DNA from: Kaistella sp.
GTDB taxonomy: Bacteria > Bacteroidota > Bacteroidia > Flavobacteriales > Weeksellaceae
Assembly (NCBI GenBank): GCA_041913105.1
Contig: JAYSFV010000002.1
Span: 353,834 to 417,833 of the forward strand
Reading direction: 5' to 3'
Length of the DNA stretch: 64,000 nt
Of this stretch, positions 19,190 through 28,862 are shown piece after piece (the first letter of the stretch is position 1; each line of letters begins with the position of its first letter). The position numbers were made by a program, and so were the translations under genes. The notes under the pieces are model-generated. The model saw nothing but the letters and a program-made list of their open reading frames with translations. It did not search any database and was not told the origin of the DNA.

Positions 19190-19918
19190 ATGCAAAATTT
19201 TCAGTCGCCTTCAGGAGGCCTTTCATATTTGTTTAAGCAGTCTTTTTTTTATTGGAATAAGGCGCTTCTTTACAATTTGCTTTTTAGTATTATTTATCTT
19301 GTTCTATTTTTTGCGGGTTACTTTTATCTCTTCCAGTATTTTGGTTTGTGGGACGAGTTTGTGAAAATTCGGGATCTGGTACAAACGGATATGTCAGCCT
19401 TCAATAAACAAATGGAAGAAATTGCCCGTCGACCGGAAGCTGCTAATTTCAGTTTAGCATTTTTTCTTTTGATCGCTCTGCTAAATCCTTTAAATGTAGG
19501 CTTATATCGAATTTATCGTAAGATCGACTTAAATGAAAAGATTGTATTTAGTGATTTGTTTGCTGGATATCAAGGGCTAGACTTCTTTAAATTTGTTGGC
19601 TTTTATCTGTTTTGGATGATTATTTTCACTTATGCCAATGCATTTCTATTTCTCGGTGTCGTTTGGATTTTCATTACCTTATTTTGCGTTCCATTGATGT
19701 ATTTTATGAACGTAACGACGTTCCGGGGAATAGGCTTGACATGGCAAATTCTCAAAAATAATTTCAGCACGGTCTTTATTTGTTGCGCTGTAGCTTTACT
19801 ATTTGCATTAAGTGGTTTTATCCTTTGCGGAATAGGTTTTGTCCTAACATTCCCGTTTTTGAATGCAATGATCTATACCCTTTACCGCTATTTTTATAAA
19901 GAAGTCGAAGAAAAATAG
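19190..19918 (+). CDS. polytopic membrane protein (DUF975-like), paralog 1
   Basis: ATG 19190 (MQNFQSPSGG...). Shares SDLFAGYQ and LCGIGFVLTFPF motifs with the next gene. Confidence 0.6.
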   Translation: MQNFQSPSGGLSYLFKQSFFYWNKALLYNLLFSIIYLVLFFAGYFYLFQYFGLWDEFVKIRDLVQTDMSAFNKQMEEIARRPEAANFSLAFFLLIALLNPLNVGLYRIYRKIDLNEKIVFSDLFAGYQGLDFFKFVGFYLFWMIIFTYANAFLFLGVVWIFITLFCVPLMYFMNVTTFRGIGLTWQILKNNFSTVFICCAVALLFALSGFILCGIGFVLTFPFLNAMIYTLYRYFYKEVEEK

Positions 19919-19949
19919 ATTGTACTATAGGTTTTTCTGATTAATAATT

Positions 19950-19957
19950 TAAATTTG
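19950..19957 (+). promoter_or_regulatory. candidate -7 box
   Basis: TAAATTTG lies 23 nt before ATG 19981. Confidence 0.35.
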
Positions 19958-19980
19958 AAAGAGAATTTAAAAACTAAACT

Positions 19981-20706
19981 ATGGAAACCTATCAGACAAA
20001 TCAGCCTGGAACACCCGGAAAATCGACCAGTGAAATCATTGCCCACGCTTTTGAAGTTTACAAGGGAGTTTTTCTTTATGGTCTTCTTGCTATTATCATA
20101 TACACGGCAGTCAGTTTTTTAATACAGCCAATTACAGGTTTCGATTCTAATTTGATTTCAGAAGAAATTAAAAATGCAGATGGAGAGTGGGTTGATTTTT
20201 GGGAAATTCCTGGTTTTCGCTTGTATTATGGGGTTTCCGGGATTGTAAGTTTGTTGTTAGCTCCTTTATTTATCGGAGTGATTTATATCGCTAGCAAGTA
20301 TGATAATCAGCAGCCTCTACAAGCATCAGATTTATTTATTGGATACCGCCAGAATTTTGTCAATATTTTAATTTATTCTTTACTAGCTTCGGTGATAATG
20401 AGTATTGCTATCATCATGTGTGTGCTGCCTTACTTTTTAATTGCGCCGTTATTGTTTTTAGGATATCCCATTTTACTTTTTGAGAATGCAAGTTTCGTTG
20501 ATGCATTCAAAAAATCGTTTAAAATTGCTGGAGATCATTATGTAGTATTTCTTTTTACTTCAATTTTAGCACTTTTGGTAAGTTTGGCAGGGATTTTACT
20601 GTGCGGAATTGGTATCTTCGCTACGATCCCATTTTATCTCGTCGTCATGTACTCCGCGTACTGCGCATTTTGCGGACGACCACGCCAAGTGAATATACAG
20701 CGCTAA
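19981..20706 (+). CDS. polytopic membrane protein (DUF975-like), paralog 2
   Basis: 241 aa with SDLFIGYRQNF and LCGIGIFATIPF motifs. Confidence 0.6.
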   Translation: METYQTNQPGTPGKSTSEIIAHAFEVYKGVFLYGLLAIIIYTAVSFLIQPITGFDSNLISEEIKNADGEWVDFWEIPGFRLYYGVSGIVSLLLAPLFIGVIYIASKYDNQQPLQASDLFIGYRQNFVNILIYSLLASVIMSIAIIMCVLPYFLIAPLLFLGYPILLFENASFVDAFKKSFKIAGDHYVVFLFTSILALLVSLAGILLCGIGIFATIPFYLVVMYSAYCAFCGRPRQVNIQR

Positions 20707-20721
20707 CGCTCATCAATAAAT

Positions 20722-20753
20722 AAAAACAACAGTCCTATCACTGTTGTTTTTTT
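20722..20753 (+). terminator. rho-independent terminator
   Basis: AAAAACAACAGT-CCTATC-ACTGTTGTTTTT plus a T run. Confidence 0.75.
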
Positions 20754-20769
20754 GTTAAAAACTAAGATC

Positions 20770-21852
20770 ATGCCCAATAAAAAACATCAAATTAGTGAGG
20801 TTAAGATTAAGCAGGTTTTTCTACTTGCGGTAATAATTCTTCTTGGAGGTCTCATTGTCTTTAACCTATCGCTGTTTATCCCATCTGTATTGGGAGCTAT
20901 CACGCTTTACATCATTACCCGGAAGTATAATCTTTATTTACAGGAAGAAAAGGAGTGGAAGCCTTGGGTAGCTTCCACAGTCATTATTTTCGCGACCCTA
21001 ATACTCTTAATTCTACCCGTATATTTCATTGCAGATTTGCTCATCGAAAAGTTAGGAAATGCCTCAGCTTACATGGACAAATTCAACGCTTTCGTTGACA
21101 AAATCCATGATTTCGTTTATGAGAAGACCAAACTTGACATTCTAAGTAAAGAAAATCTCGACACCTTAAAAAGCAATGTCGGTAAATACACCACATCAGC
21201 GCTCAGCGGTACTTTTAATACCTTGACGATTGTGCTTTCCATGTATTTTATCCTTTATTTCATGTTAGAAAATCCGAGGTTTTTTGAGCGGTTGGTGAAG
21301 AGCTCTGCGCCCTTAAAAAAATCGAATGTTCATTTGCTGGGAGATAAAATCAGAAAGATGGTTATTGCCAATGCCATTGGTATTCCGGTTGTCGCATTGG
21401 GGCAGGGGATAGTCGCTTTGATAGGATATTTAATTTTCGCCGCTCCTAGCCCAATACTTCTTTTTGCTTTAACAGCTGTAGCTTCAATGATTCCGATTGT
21501 GGGATCTGCGTTGGTATACGTTCCCGTATGTATTTTTATGATCGCGGAAGGTAATACAGGCGCAGGACTTGGGCTGGCTGCATATTGCTTAATTGTAGTA
21601 GGATTAACGGATAACGGACTGCGGTTTACTTTACTGAAAAGACTTGAAAATATCCACCCTTTAAATACCGTATTCGGGATTATTGCCGGGATGAATATCT
21701 TCGGTTTTATGGGGTTAATTTTTGGACCAATTCTCGTTTCGATTACAATATTGCTAATTCAAGTTTACCGCGATGAATTCTCCGATGATGAGAATGAATT
21801 AATAATGCCTGAACCTAAGGAAATCGAGGAAAAAATAGACCTTTCAATTTAA
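20770..21852 (+). CDS. AI-2E family transporter (PerM/UPF0118)
   Basis: Eight-TM layout. ATG 20770 is preferred because TTG 20752 lies inside the upstream terminator. Confidence 0.85.
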   Translation: MPNKKHQISEVKIKQVFLLAVIILLGGLIVFNLSLFIPSVLGAITLYIITRKYNLYLQEEKEWKPWVASTVIIFATLILLILPVYFIADLLIEKLGNASAYMDKFNAFVDKIHDFVYEKTKLDILSKENLDTLKSNVGKYTTSALSGTFNTLTIVLSMYFILYFMLENPRFFERLVKSSAPLKKSNVHLLGDKIRKMVIANAIGIPVVALGQGIVALIGYLIFAAPSPILLFALTAVASMIPIVGSALVYVPVCIFMIAEGNTGAGLGLAAYCLIVVGLTDNGLRFTLLKRLENIHPLNTVFGIIAGMNIFGFMGLIFGPILVSITILLIQVYRDEFSDDENELIMPEPKEIEEKIDLSI

Positions 21853-21854
21853 AA

Positions 21855-22079
21855 ATGGAGCAAATCAACAGCGAAATATTACGCGACATCTGTGTGCAGC
21901 GCATGCCTTTTGGTAAATATAAAAACAGCATTATAGCCGATTTACCCATTAGCTATCTGGAGTGGTTTCAAAGACAAGGTATGCCTCCCGGAAAGTTAGG
22001 GATGATGCTTTCAACCGTTTATGAAATTAAGCTTAACGGATTAGAAGAGCTATTAAGAAATATTAAAAAACAGGTTTGA
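21855..22079 (+). CDS. DUF3820-family protein
   Basis: 74 aa with the signature MPFGKYKNSIIADLPISYLEWF. Confidence 0.7.
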   Translation: MEQINSEILRDICVQRMPFGKYKNSIIADLPISYLEWFQRQGMPPGKLGMMLSTVYEIKLNGLEELLRNIKKQV

Positions 22080-22083
22080 TAAT

Positions 22084-24072
22084 CTAACCTTTCAGAGCTG
22101 CGATCTCATCCCGAAGTTTTGCTGCTTTAATAAAATCAAGATTTTTAGCTGCAGCTTCCATTGCTTTTTGCTTTTCCGCAATAAGTTGTGTAAAGTCTTT
22201 TCCGTAGTTACTTTTATCTTCAGCCACCTGCTTCAAAATTTCCTTTTGAGTATATTTTGGATCCGGGAAATCTTTGGTTCGGCCTACCAAAACTTCAGAA
22301 ATCTTTTTATTAAGAGACATAGGTATCAGACCATGTTTCTCATTGTACTCCATTTGTTTTTGTCGTCGATAATTGGTCTCGTCAATGGCTCTTTGCATAG
22401 AGCCGGTTATCTTATCTGCATACAAAATAGCTCTACCATTCACATTTCTAGCGGCCCGTCCTATGGTTTGAACCAAGGAACGACGTGAGCGGAGCATACC
22501 TTCTTTGTCAGCATCCAAAATGGCAACCAAAGAAACTTCAGGTAAATCTAATCCTTCACGGAGCAAGTTTACCCCTACAAGAACATCAAATAAACCGACT
22601 CTCAAATCCTGCATGATTTGGATTCTTTCCAAAGTCTCTACATCGGAATGGATATACCGCGTTCTAATTCCAAATCTTGTAAAGTATTTAGTGAGTTCTT
22701 CCGCCATTTTTTTAGTTAGCGTCGTCACCAAAACTCGCTCATCAATTTCGGCTCGCTTCTGGATTTCCTCTATCAAATCATCGATTTGATTCATTGTTGG
22801 GCGAATGTCAATTACAGGATCTAAAAGTCCGGTTGGTCGAATGATCTGTTCCACATATTCACCTCCAGTTTTTTCAAGTTCGTAATCTGCCGGGGTTGCA
22901 GAAACATAAATGACCTGATTCTGCATCAACTCAAATTCCTCAAATTTTAAGGGACGATTGTCCATTGCGGCCGGTAATCGAAAACCGTGTTCCACCAAAA
23001 CCTCTTTCCGGCTTCGGTCGCCACCATACATCGCGTGTACTTGTGGGACTGTTACGTGGCTTTCGTCAATCACCATTAAATAATCCTTCGGAAAATAGTC
23101 CAAAAGACAGAACGGTCGTGACCCGGGTAAACGACGGTCAAAATATCTCGAATAGTTTTCAATACCGCTACAGTAGCCCAGTTCTTTCATCATTTCAAGA
23201 TCAAGCTCTGTACGTTCCTGAAGTCTTTTGGCTTCAAAGGGTTTTTCAATTTCGTTAAAGAAATCGATTTGTTTCACCAAATCATCTTGGATTTGACGGA
23301 TGGCATTCTGCTGAGTTTCCTTAGAAGTGACGAAGAGGTTTGCCGGATAAATGTTGATTTCATCAAACTCTGCCATCACCGAGCCTGATTGGGGATCGAA
23401 ACTTTGGATTCTGTCAATATCATCTCCAAAAAACTGAATCCTGATTCCGTTATCCGCATAGGCAGGATAGACATCGATAACGTCACCTTTCACCCGAAAA
23501 GTTCCGCGGGTAAATTCATTTAAAGTTCGTGAGTATAGTGCATCTACAAGCTTATGAAGAAATGCAGTTCTTGTTAGTTTGGAGTTCTTTTTAACTTCGA
23601 TTAATGACTTGTTAAACTCTGTCGGGTTACCAATCCCATAGATACATGAAACAGAAGCTACAATTAAGACATCACGTCTCCCGGAAAGTAAACTTGCGGA
23701 CGCTGAAAGCCTTAACTTTTCAACTTCTTCATTAATGGAAAGATCTTTTTCAATGTAAGTATTGGTTGAAGCTATAAATGCCTCAGGCTGGTAATAATCG
23801 TAATAACTCACAAAGTATTCCACAGCGTTCTCAGGAAAAAACTCCTTAAACTCCATAAAAAGCTGTGCAGCGAGAGTCTTGTTATGTGCGAGCACCAACG
23901 TTGGTTTTTGTACTTTTTGAATGACATTCGCGATGGTAAAAGTCTTACCGGACCCTGTCACTCCGAGCAAGGTTTGGTATTTTTCGCCGAGTTCAATTCC
24001 GGCAGAAAGCTTCTCAATTGCTTGAGGCTGATCACCAGTGGGCTTATATTCAGACTGAAGTTTAAACTGCAT
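22084..24072 (-). CDS. uvrB: excinuclease ABC subunit B
   Basis: 662 aa with GVTGSGKT and DESH motifs and a C-terminal UVR motif AAKLRDEIAALKG. Confidence 0.97.
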   Translation of the reverse strand: MQFKLQSEYKPTGDQPQAIEKLSAGIELGEKYQTLLGVTGSGKTFTIANVIQKVQKPTLVLAHNKTLAAQLFMEFKEFFPENAVEYFVSYYDYYQPEAFIASTNTYIEKDLSINEEVEKLRLSASASLLSGRRDVLIVASVSCIYGIGNPTEFNKSLIEVKKNSKLTRTAFLHKLVDALYSRTLNEFTRGTFRVKGDVIDVYPAYADNGIRIQFFGDDIDRIQSFDPQSGSVMAEFDEINIYPANLFVTSKETQQNAIRQIQDDLVKQIDFFNEIEKPFEAKRLQERTELDLEMMKELGYCSGIENYSRYFDRRLPGSRPFCLLDYFPKDYLMVIDESHVTVPQVHAMYGGDRSRKEVLVEHGFRLPAAMDNRPLKFEEFELMQNQVIYVSATPADYELEKTGGEYVEQIIRPTGLLDPVIDIRPTMNQIDDLIEEIQKRAEIDERVLVTTLTKKMAEELTKYFTRFGIRTRYIHSDVETLERIQIMQDLRVGLFDVLVGVNLLREGLDLPEVSLVAILDADKEGMLRSRRSLVQTIGRAARNVNGRAILYADKITGSMQRAIDETNYRRQKQMEYNEKHGLIPMSLNKKISEVLVGRTKDFPDPKYTQKEILKQVAEDKSNYGKDFTQLIAEKQKAMEAAAKNLDFIKAAKLRDEIAALKG

Positions 24073-24076
24073 AGTG

Positions 24077-24084
24077 CAAAATTA
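24077..24084 (-). promoter_or_regulatory. candidate -7 box 4 nt upstream of the uvrB ATG
   Basis: Minus strand reads TAATTTTG-CACT-ATG. Confidence 0.35.
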
Positions 24085-24146
24085 CGAAAATAGTCGGCGC
24101 AATATTTGATGCGGAAGTGTTAATAAAATCCTTAAAACTGTTAATT

Positions 24147-25385
24147 ATGAAATCATTACTGGTTCAGGTTCTGCCAATTTGCGGAGCAATTTTTTTAACT
24201 TCATGTAGCGGAAGTAATACTTCAACTACCGTTCAGCCAGAAAATCCTCCCATTGCGAATGAAACTTTGGCCAATCCCGAAACAGCTAATCCTAACTCCC
24301 CAGAATATCAACCAGCATTTGCCGGACAAACGCGGGTTAAGGGCGTAAAAACATCTACTGATTATACAGTGGACATTCTTAATAGTGATTTAAGCAAGCC
24401 ATGGGCCATTATTGATATGCCGGATGGTCGTTTTTTGGTGACCTCAAAAGAGGGATACTTTAGTCTGGTTTCTGCGGACGGTAAAACCGTAAAAAAAGTG
24501 GAAGGACTCCCTGAAGTTGATGACAAAGGACAAGGAGGATTGTTGGACGTAGCTTTAGATCCTAATTTTGCTTCAAACAAAATGATTTATTGGACTTATT
24601 CTGAGCCAGTGTCAGGAGGAAATCATACTGCTGTAGCCAAAGGAAAACTTTCAGCAGATGAATCTAAAATAGAAAATCCAGTCGTAATATTCCGGGCAAC
24701 GCCAACTTATGATGGTGACAAACACTTTGGCAGTCGTTTACTTTTTGACAAAGATGGACATCTTTTTGTAAGTACAGGGGAACGTTCTGATATCGAAATG
24801 AGACCTTTTGCACAACGTCAAGATTCTTATTTAGGGAAAATTCTTAAAATTACAACTGATGGGAAACCAGCGCCAGGAAATCCTACGATCTCAGGTTGGA
24901 AACCAGAAATTTTTGCTACAGGTATTCGAAACCCGCAAGGTATTGCGATGGATGAAAAAGGACAACTTTGGGATGGCGAAATGGGGCCAAAAGGGGGAGA
25001 CGAATTAAATTTGATTCAACCTGGTAAAAACTATGGCTGGGGAGATGTAACTTATGGCGTGGAGTATAGCGGAAAGAAAATCAACAACGGAACCACGCAA
25101 AAAGCAGGTACCGAACAGCCAGTATATTATTGGGATCCTTCAATCTCGATGAGTGGTATGGATTTCTACAAGGGAAATATCGAAGAATGGAAAAATAACC
25201 TGATGTTAGGCTGTCTAAGCGGAAAGAAAATCATTAGACTTGTTATCGAAAATAATAAAGTTGTAGGAGAAGAGTGGTTAATGACCGATCAAAACGATAG
25301 AATTCGTGATGTCCTGAGTTCCAAAAACGGGAATCTATATGCGGTTTCTGATAGTGGAAAGCTTTATAGGATCGCGAAGAAATAA
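24147..25385 (+). CDS. PQQ-dependent sugar (glucose/sorbosone) dehydrogenase-like lipoprotein
   Basis: ATG 24147 gives the signal MKSLLVQVLPICGAIFLTSCSG. Beta-propeller sGDH-like sequence. Confidence 0.8.
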   Translation: MKSLLVQVLPICGAIFLTSCSGSNTSTTVQPENPPIANETLANPETANPNSPEYQPAFAGQTRVKGVKTSTDYTVDILNSDLSKPWAIIDMPDGRFLVTSKEGYFSLVSADGKTVKKVEGLPEVDDKGQGGLLDVALDPNFASNKMIYWTYSEPVSGGNHTAVAKGKLSADESKIENPVVIFRATPTYDGDKHFGSRLLFDKDGHLFVSTGERSDIEMRPFAQRQDSYLGKILKITTDGKPAPGNPTISGWKPEIFATGIRNPQGIAMDEKGQLWDGEMGPKGGDELNLIQPGKNYGWGDVTYGVEYSGKKINNGTTQKAGTEQPVYYWDPSISMSGMDFYKGNIEEWKNNLMLGCLSGKKIIRLVIENNKVVGEEWLMTDQNDRIRDVLSSKNGNLYAVSDSGKLYRIAKK

Positions 25386-25388
25386 AAT

Positions 25389-25901
25389 TTACTCTGGAAT
25401 ATAAACCAAATCATTACCATAATCACCGTCAGGATCTTTCATAGTTCTGGCGGTTTTTATTTTCTCAAAAAGTTTCTCAATAAAAAAACTTGTTTCGAAA
25501 AACTGGCGGTGGATTCCATTCAGCATTTCCATAAATAAATACATCCCGACTTTATTATTGTGAAGATCCATCATTTTATCTTCTTTTTCATTAGGGAAAA
25601 GTTCTTCATGAAGATCAGTCATGCGTTTACAGAAGCTCAAAGCTTTTTGAGGCGACGTTATTTTGCAGCAATACATCATAATCAGACAATTCCATAAGGC
25701 GTGACGAAATGCGTTACCAATTCCACTTTTGGAACTCGTTTCAGGAAAGAATTTCTGCGCCAAAACAAAACTTCTAACAGTGGCATAAAGGGCTAAAAGA
25801 GTGAGCAGAGGGTGTGGTATGCACAATTTCAGTATCTGGATTATCTTACCGATACTCAGGGTTTTCAGGGTATTAAAAATTATTTTTAGCGCTCGTACCA
25901 T
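25389..25901 (-). CDS. hypothetical protein with NAFRHALWN / HEE / MDLHNNKVG motifs (possibly DUF6973-like)
   Basis: 170 aa with a hydrophobic N-terminus. Family assigned from memory only. Confidence 0.45.
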   Translation of the reverse strand: MVRALKIIFNTLKTLSIGKIIQILKLCIPHPLLTLLALYATVRSFVLAQKFFPETSSKSGIGNAFRHALWNCLIMMYCCKITSPQKALSFCKRMTDLHEELFPNEKEDKMMDLHNNKVGMYLFMEMLNGIHRQFFETSFFIEKLFEKIKTARTMKDPDGDYGNDLVYIPE

Positions 25902-25950
25902 AAAGAAATCTCTCCCAAGTGATGAGAGAGATTGTTAGTATGTAAATATT

Positions 25951-26799
25951 TTAGTGAACTAAAAGTTTCACCGTTTTTGATATTTTCTCTTTGATTTCTG
26001 TTCTTTTCACAATAAAATCAACGAAACCTTTCTCCTGCAAGAATTCAGAAGTTTGGAATCCTTCTGGTAGGTCTTTACCAATGGTTTCACGGATAACTCT
26101 TGGCCCCGCAAAACCAATTAAAGCTCCCGGTTCGGCCACGATGATGTCGGCTGTCATTGCAAAAGAAGCGGTAATCCCTCCAAAAGTTGGGTCCGTTAAA
26201 TATGCAATATATAAAAGGCCTTCTTCAGAAAGTTGAGCCAATTTTGCCTGAACTTTAGCTAACTGCATTAAAGAGTAAGTAGCTTCCTGCATCCTAGCAC
26301 CTCCGGACTGACAGATAATCATGTAAGGGAGACGATTTGCGATACAGTGATCCACTGCGCGACGGATTTTTTCACCCATTACCGACCCTAAAGATCCTCC
26401 GATGAAGGCAAAATCCATACAAGAAATTACCATTTCAACGCCATTCACCTTTCCTGTTGCATTTCTGATGGAATCGGTAAGTTTGGTTTTAGCTTTCACT
26501 TCTTTGAGACGATCTGTATAAGATTTAGTGTCTTTAAAATGCAGCATGTCGACACTTTCTACATTCGCGTCGAGTTCGGTAAACTTATTATCATCAAAAA
26601 GAATAGAAAAATATTCGCGGCTGCCAATTCTAACATGGAAACCATCTTCAGGAGAAACGTAGTTATTTGCTTTTAGTTCTTCGTGCTCGATAATTTTTCC
26701 AGTCGGTGTTTGATGCCAAAGACCTTTGGGAAGATCTTTTTTATCCTCCGTTGAGGTGGTTATATTTTTAGTTTTTCTTTTAAACCATTCAAATGCCAT
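25951..26799 (-). CDS. accD: acetyl-CoA carboxylase carboxyltransferase subunit beta
   Basis: 282 aa with motifs [11 protein letters not shown] and SGGARMQE. Confidence 0.9.
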   Translation of the reverse strand: MAFEWFKRKTKNITTSTEDKKDLPKGLWHQTPTGKIIEHEELKANNYVSPEDGFHVRIGSREYFSILFDDNKFTELDANVESVDMLHFKDTKSYTDRLKEVKAKTKLTDSIRNATGKVNGVEMVISCMDFAFIGGSLGSVMGEKIRRAVDHCIANRLPYMIICQSGGARMQEATYSLMQLAKVQAKLAQLSEEGLLYIAYLTDPTFGGITASFAMTADIIVAEPGALIGFAGPRVIRETIGKDLPEGFQTSEFLQEKGFVDFIVKRTEIKEKISKTVKLLVH

Positions 26800-26858
26800 C
26801 GTATCAATATTAGTGTTGCAGTTTTAGTTTGTCTGTTGATAATCAATATGCTGCAGAA

Positions 26859-27926
26859 TTATAATGTATTTACGTTGTTCAAATCTTCAAAAGCCTGAAC
26901 AAGTCTTTTAGAGAACGTTTCTTCACCCTTTCTTACCCAAACGCGTGGGTCATAAAACTTCTTATTTGGTTTGTCGTCTCCATCCGGGTTGCCGATTTGC
27001 GTTTTGAGATATTCCACGTTATCAAGCATATAATCACGGATACCTTCGGTGTACGCAAACTGAAGATCGGTATCAATATTCATTTTAATTGCACCGTAAC
27101 CAATAGCTTCTCTAATTTCTTCAACAGTAGAACCTGATCCACCGTGGAAGACGAAGTTCACTGGTTTTGCAGCTGTACCGAATTTCTCCTGAACATATTT
27201 CTGAGAATTATCAAGGATTTTTGGAGTAAGTTTTACATTTCCTGGCTTATAAACACCATGTACGTTACCAAAAGCGGCTGCAATCGTAAAGTTTGGAGAA
27301 ATAGCATTTAATCTTTCATAAGCATAAGCAACTTCATCTGGCTGCGTGTATAGTTTAGACGAATCTACCCCCGAATTATCAACACCATCTTCTTCCCCTC
27401 CAGTAACTCCAAGTTCAATTTCCAATGTCATACCCATTTTTGCCATTCTCTCGAAATATTTACAAGAAATGTCAAGGTTTTCTTCAATTGGTTCTTCCGA
27501 TAAATCAAGCATGTGCGACGAATATAGAGACTTACCTGTTTGTTGGTAAAATTCTTCGTTAGCATCCATCAAACCGTCGATCCAAGGCAAAAGTTTCTTT
27601 GCACAGTGGTCGGTATGAAGAATTACGGTTGCGCCGTAAGCCTCTGCCAAGGTATGAATATGTTTTGCGCCAGCTACAGCCCCTGCAATAGCAGCTTTTT
27701 GTCCGTCGTTGCTTAATCCTTTTCCTGCGTTATAAGCAGCGCCACCATTTGAAAACTGAATAATCACCGGGGCATTCAGTTTTACAGCGGTTTCCATTAC
27801 TGCATTTACGTTGCTCGATCCAATAACATTTACCGCGGGTAATGCGAAGTTATTCTCCTTAGCATAATTAAAAATTTCGGTAACCAATTGTCCTGTGGCA
27901 ACACCTGCCGGAAAACGTCTGCTCAT
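26859..27926 (-). CDS. fbaA: class II fructose-bisphosphate aldolase
   Basis: 355 aa with HTDHC and FHGGSGS motifs. Confidence 0.92.
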   Translation of the reverse strand: MSRRFPAGVATGQLVTEIFNYAKENNFALPAVNVIGSSNVNAVMETAVKLNAPVIIQFSNGGAAYNAGKGLSNDGQKAAIAGAVAGAKHIHTLAEAYGATVILHTDHCAKKLLPWIDGLMDANEEFYQQTGKSLYSSHMLDLSEEPIEENLDISCKYFERMAKMGMTLEIELGVTGGEEDGVDNSGVDSSKLYTQPDEVAYAYERLNAISPNFTIAAAFGNVHGVYKPGNVKLTPKILDNSQKYVQEKFGTAAKPVNFVFHGGSGSTVEEIREAIGYGAIKMNIDTDLQFAYTEGIRDYMLDNVEYLKTQIGNPDGDDKPNKKFYDPRVWVRKGEETFSKRLVQAFEDLNNVNTL

Positions 27927-27992
27927 AATTTATTTTTTAGAGGATTTATGTTAATTTAGGGCGTGTAAAGTTAGTAATTTTATGTATAACAT

Positions 27993-28862
27993 CTAGTTTC
28001 TTTTGTCTTTTCCCCAAAGGAGTTTTTGGCGTATGGTTTCGTAAAAACTTAGGTTTTTAGGGTGTATCAGTAAAATCTGAAATTTAGCTTTTCGCAAAAT
28101 AATTTCTACATCTGTATTCATATGTACTAGCCGCGAATCTAATGAAAGTGAATACCTAGGAACCCGGCTTTCAACTTTTAAACGAATTTCAACATCATCA
28201 TTCACAATTAGAGGTCTAACATTCAGGTTGTGAGGTGCGATAGGCGTAATTACAAACGTATTGTTGTTCGGGGTAATGATTGGCCCTCCACAACTTAAAG
28301 AATAGGCTGTAGATCCTGTCGGAGTCGAAATAATCACTCCGTCTCCCCAAAATACATTTAGAAATTCATCATTGATATAAGAGTCCACCGTAATCATTGC
28401 AGTGGTTTCTTTCCGAGAAATGGTAATATCATTTAAAGCATACGGAAAAAACTCATTGTCTTCGGGCGAAATGATCTCGATGACCGATCTTCGGCTAACA
28501 TGAACTTCCCCTTTTATAATATGATCTAGATTATGGAAAACTTCTTCCTTGCTGAAACTCGATAGAAAACCCAGTCGACCCGTGTTTACTCCAACCACCG
28601 GAATTTCAAGATCCTGAACGAATAATAAGGAGTTAACAATGGTACCGTCGCCTCCAAATGTAAAAAACCACTCTGGATTTTTCTCTTGAAGATCTTGCTT
28701 GCAGGTGAATGTTTCAAATATTTTTGAAAACTGCATCGCGGTGGCCATTTCTTCAAAAAGTATTGCCTGAATCCCTCTCTTCTCGAGTTCCGACACAAAT
28801 TTACTCAGATACAAAAAGGTATCGAGGTCGCTTTTTTGGGAATAAATTGCTGCTTTTCTCAT
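27993..28862 (-). CDS. nadK: NAD kinase
   Basis: 289 aa with motifs GGDGT and STPTGSTAYSLSCGGP. Confidence 0.9.
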   Translation of the reverse strand: MRKAAIYSQKSDLDTFLYLSKFVSELEKRGIQAILFEEMATAMQFSKIFETFTCKQDLQEKNPEWFFTFGGDGTIVNSLLFVQDLEIPVVGVNTGRLGFLSSFSKEEVFHNLDHIIKGEVHVSRRSVIEIISPEDNEFFPYALNDITISRKETTAMITVDSYINDEFLNVFWGDGVIISTPTGSTAYSLSCGGPIITPNNNTFVITPIAPHNLNVRPLIVNDDVEIRLKVESRVPRYSLSLDSRLVHMNTDVEIILRKAKFQILLIHPKNLSFYETIRQKLLWGKDKRN

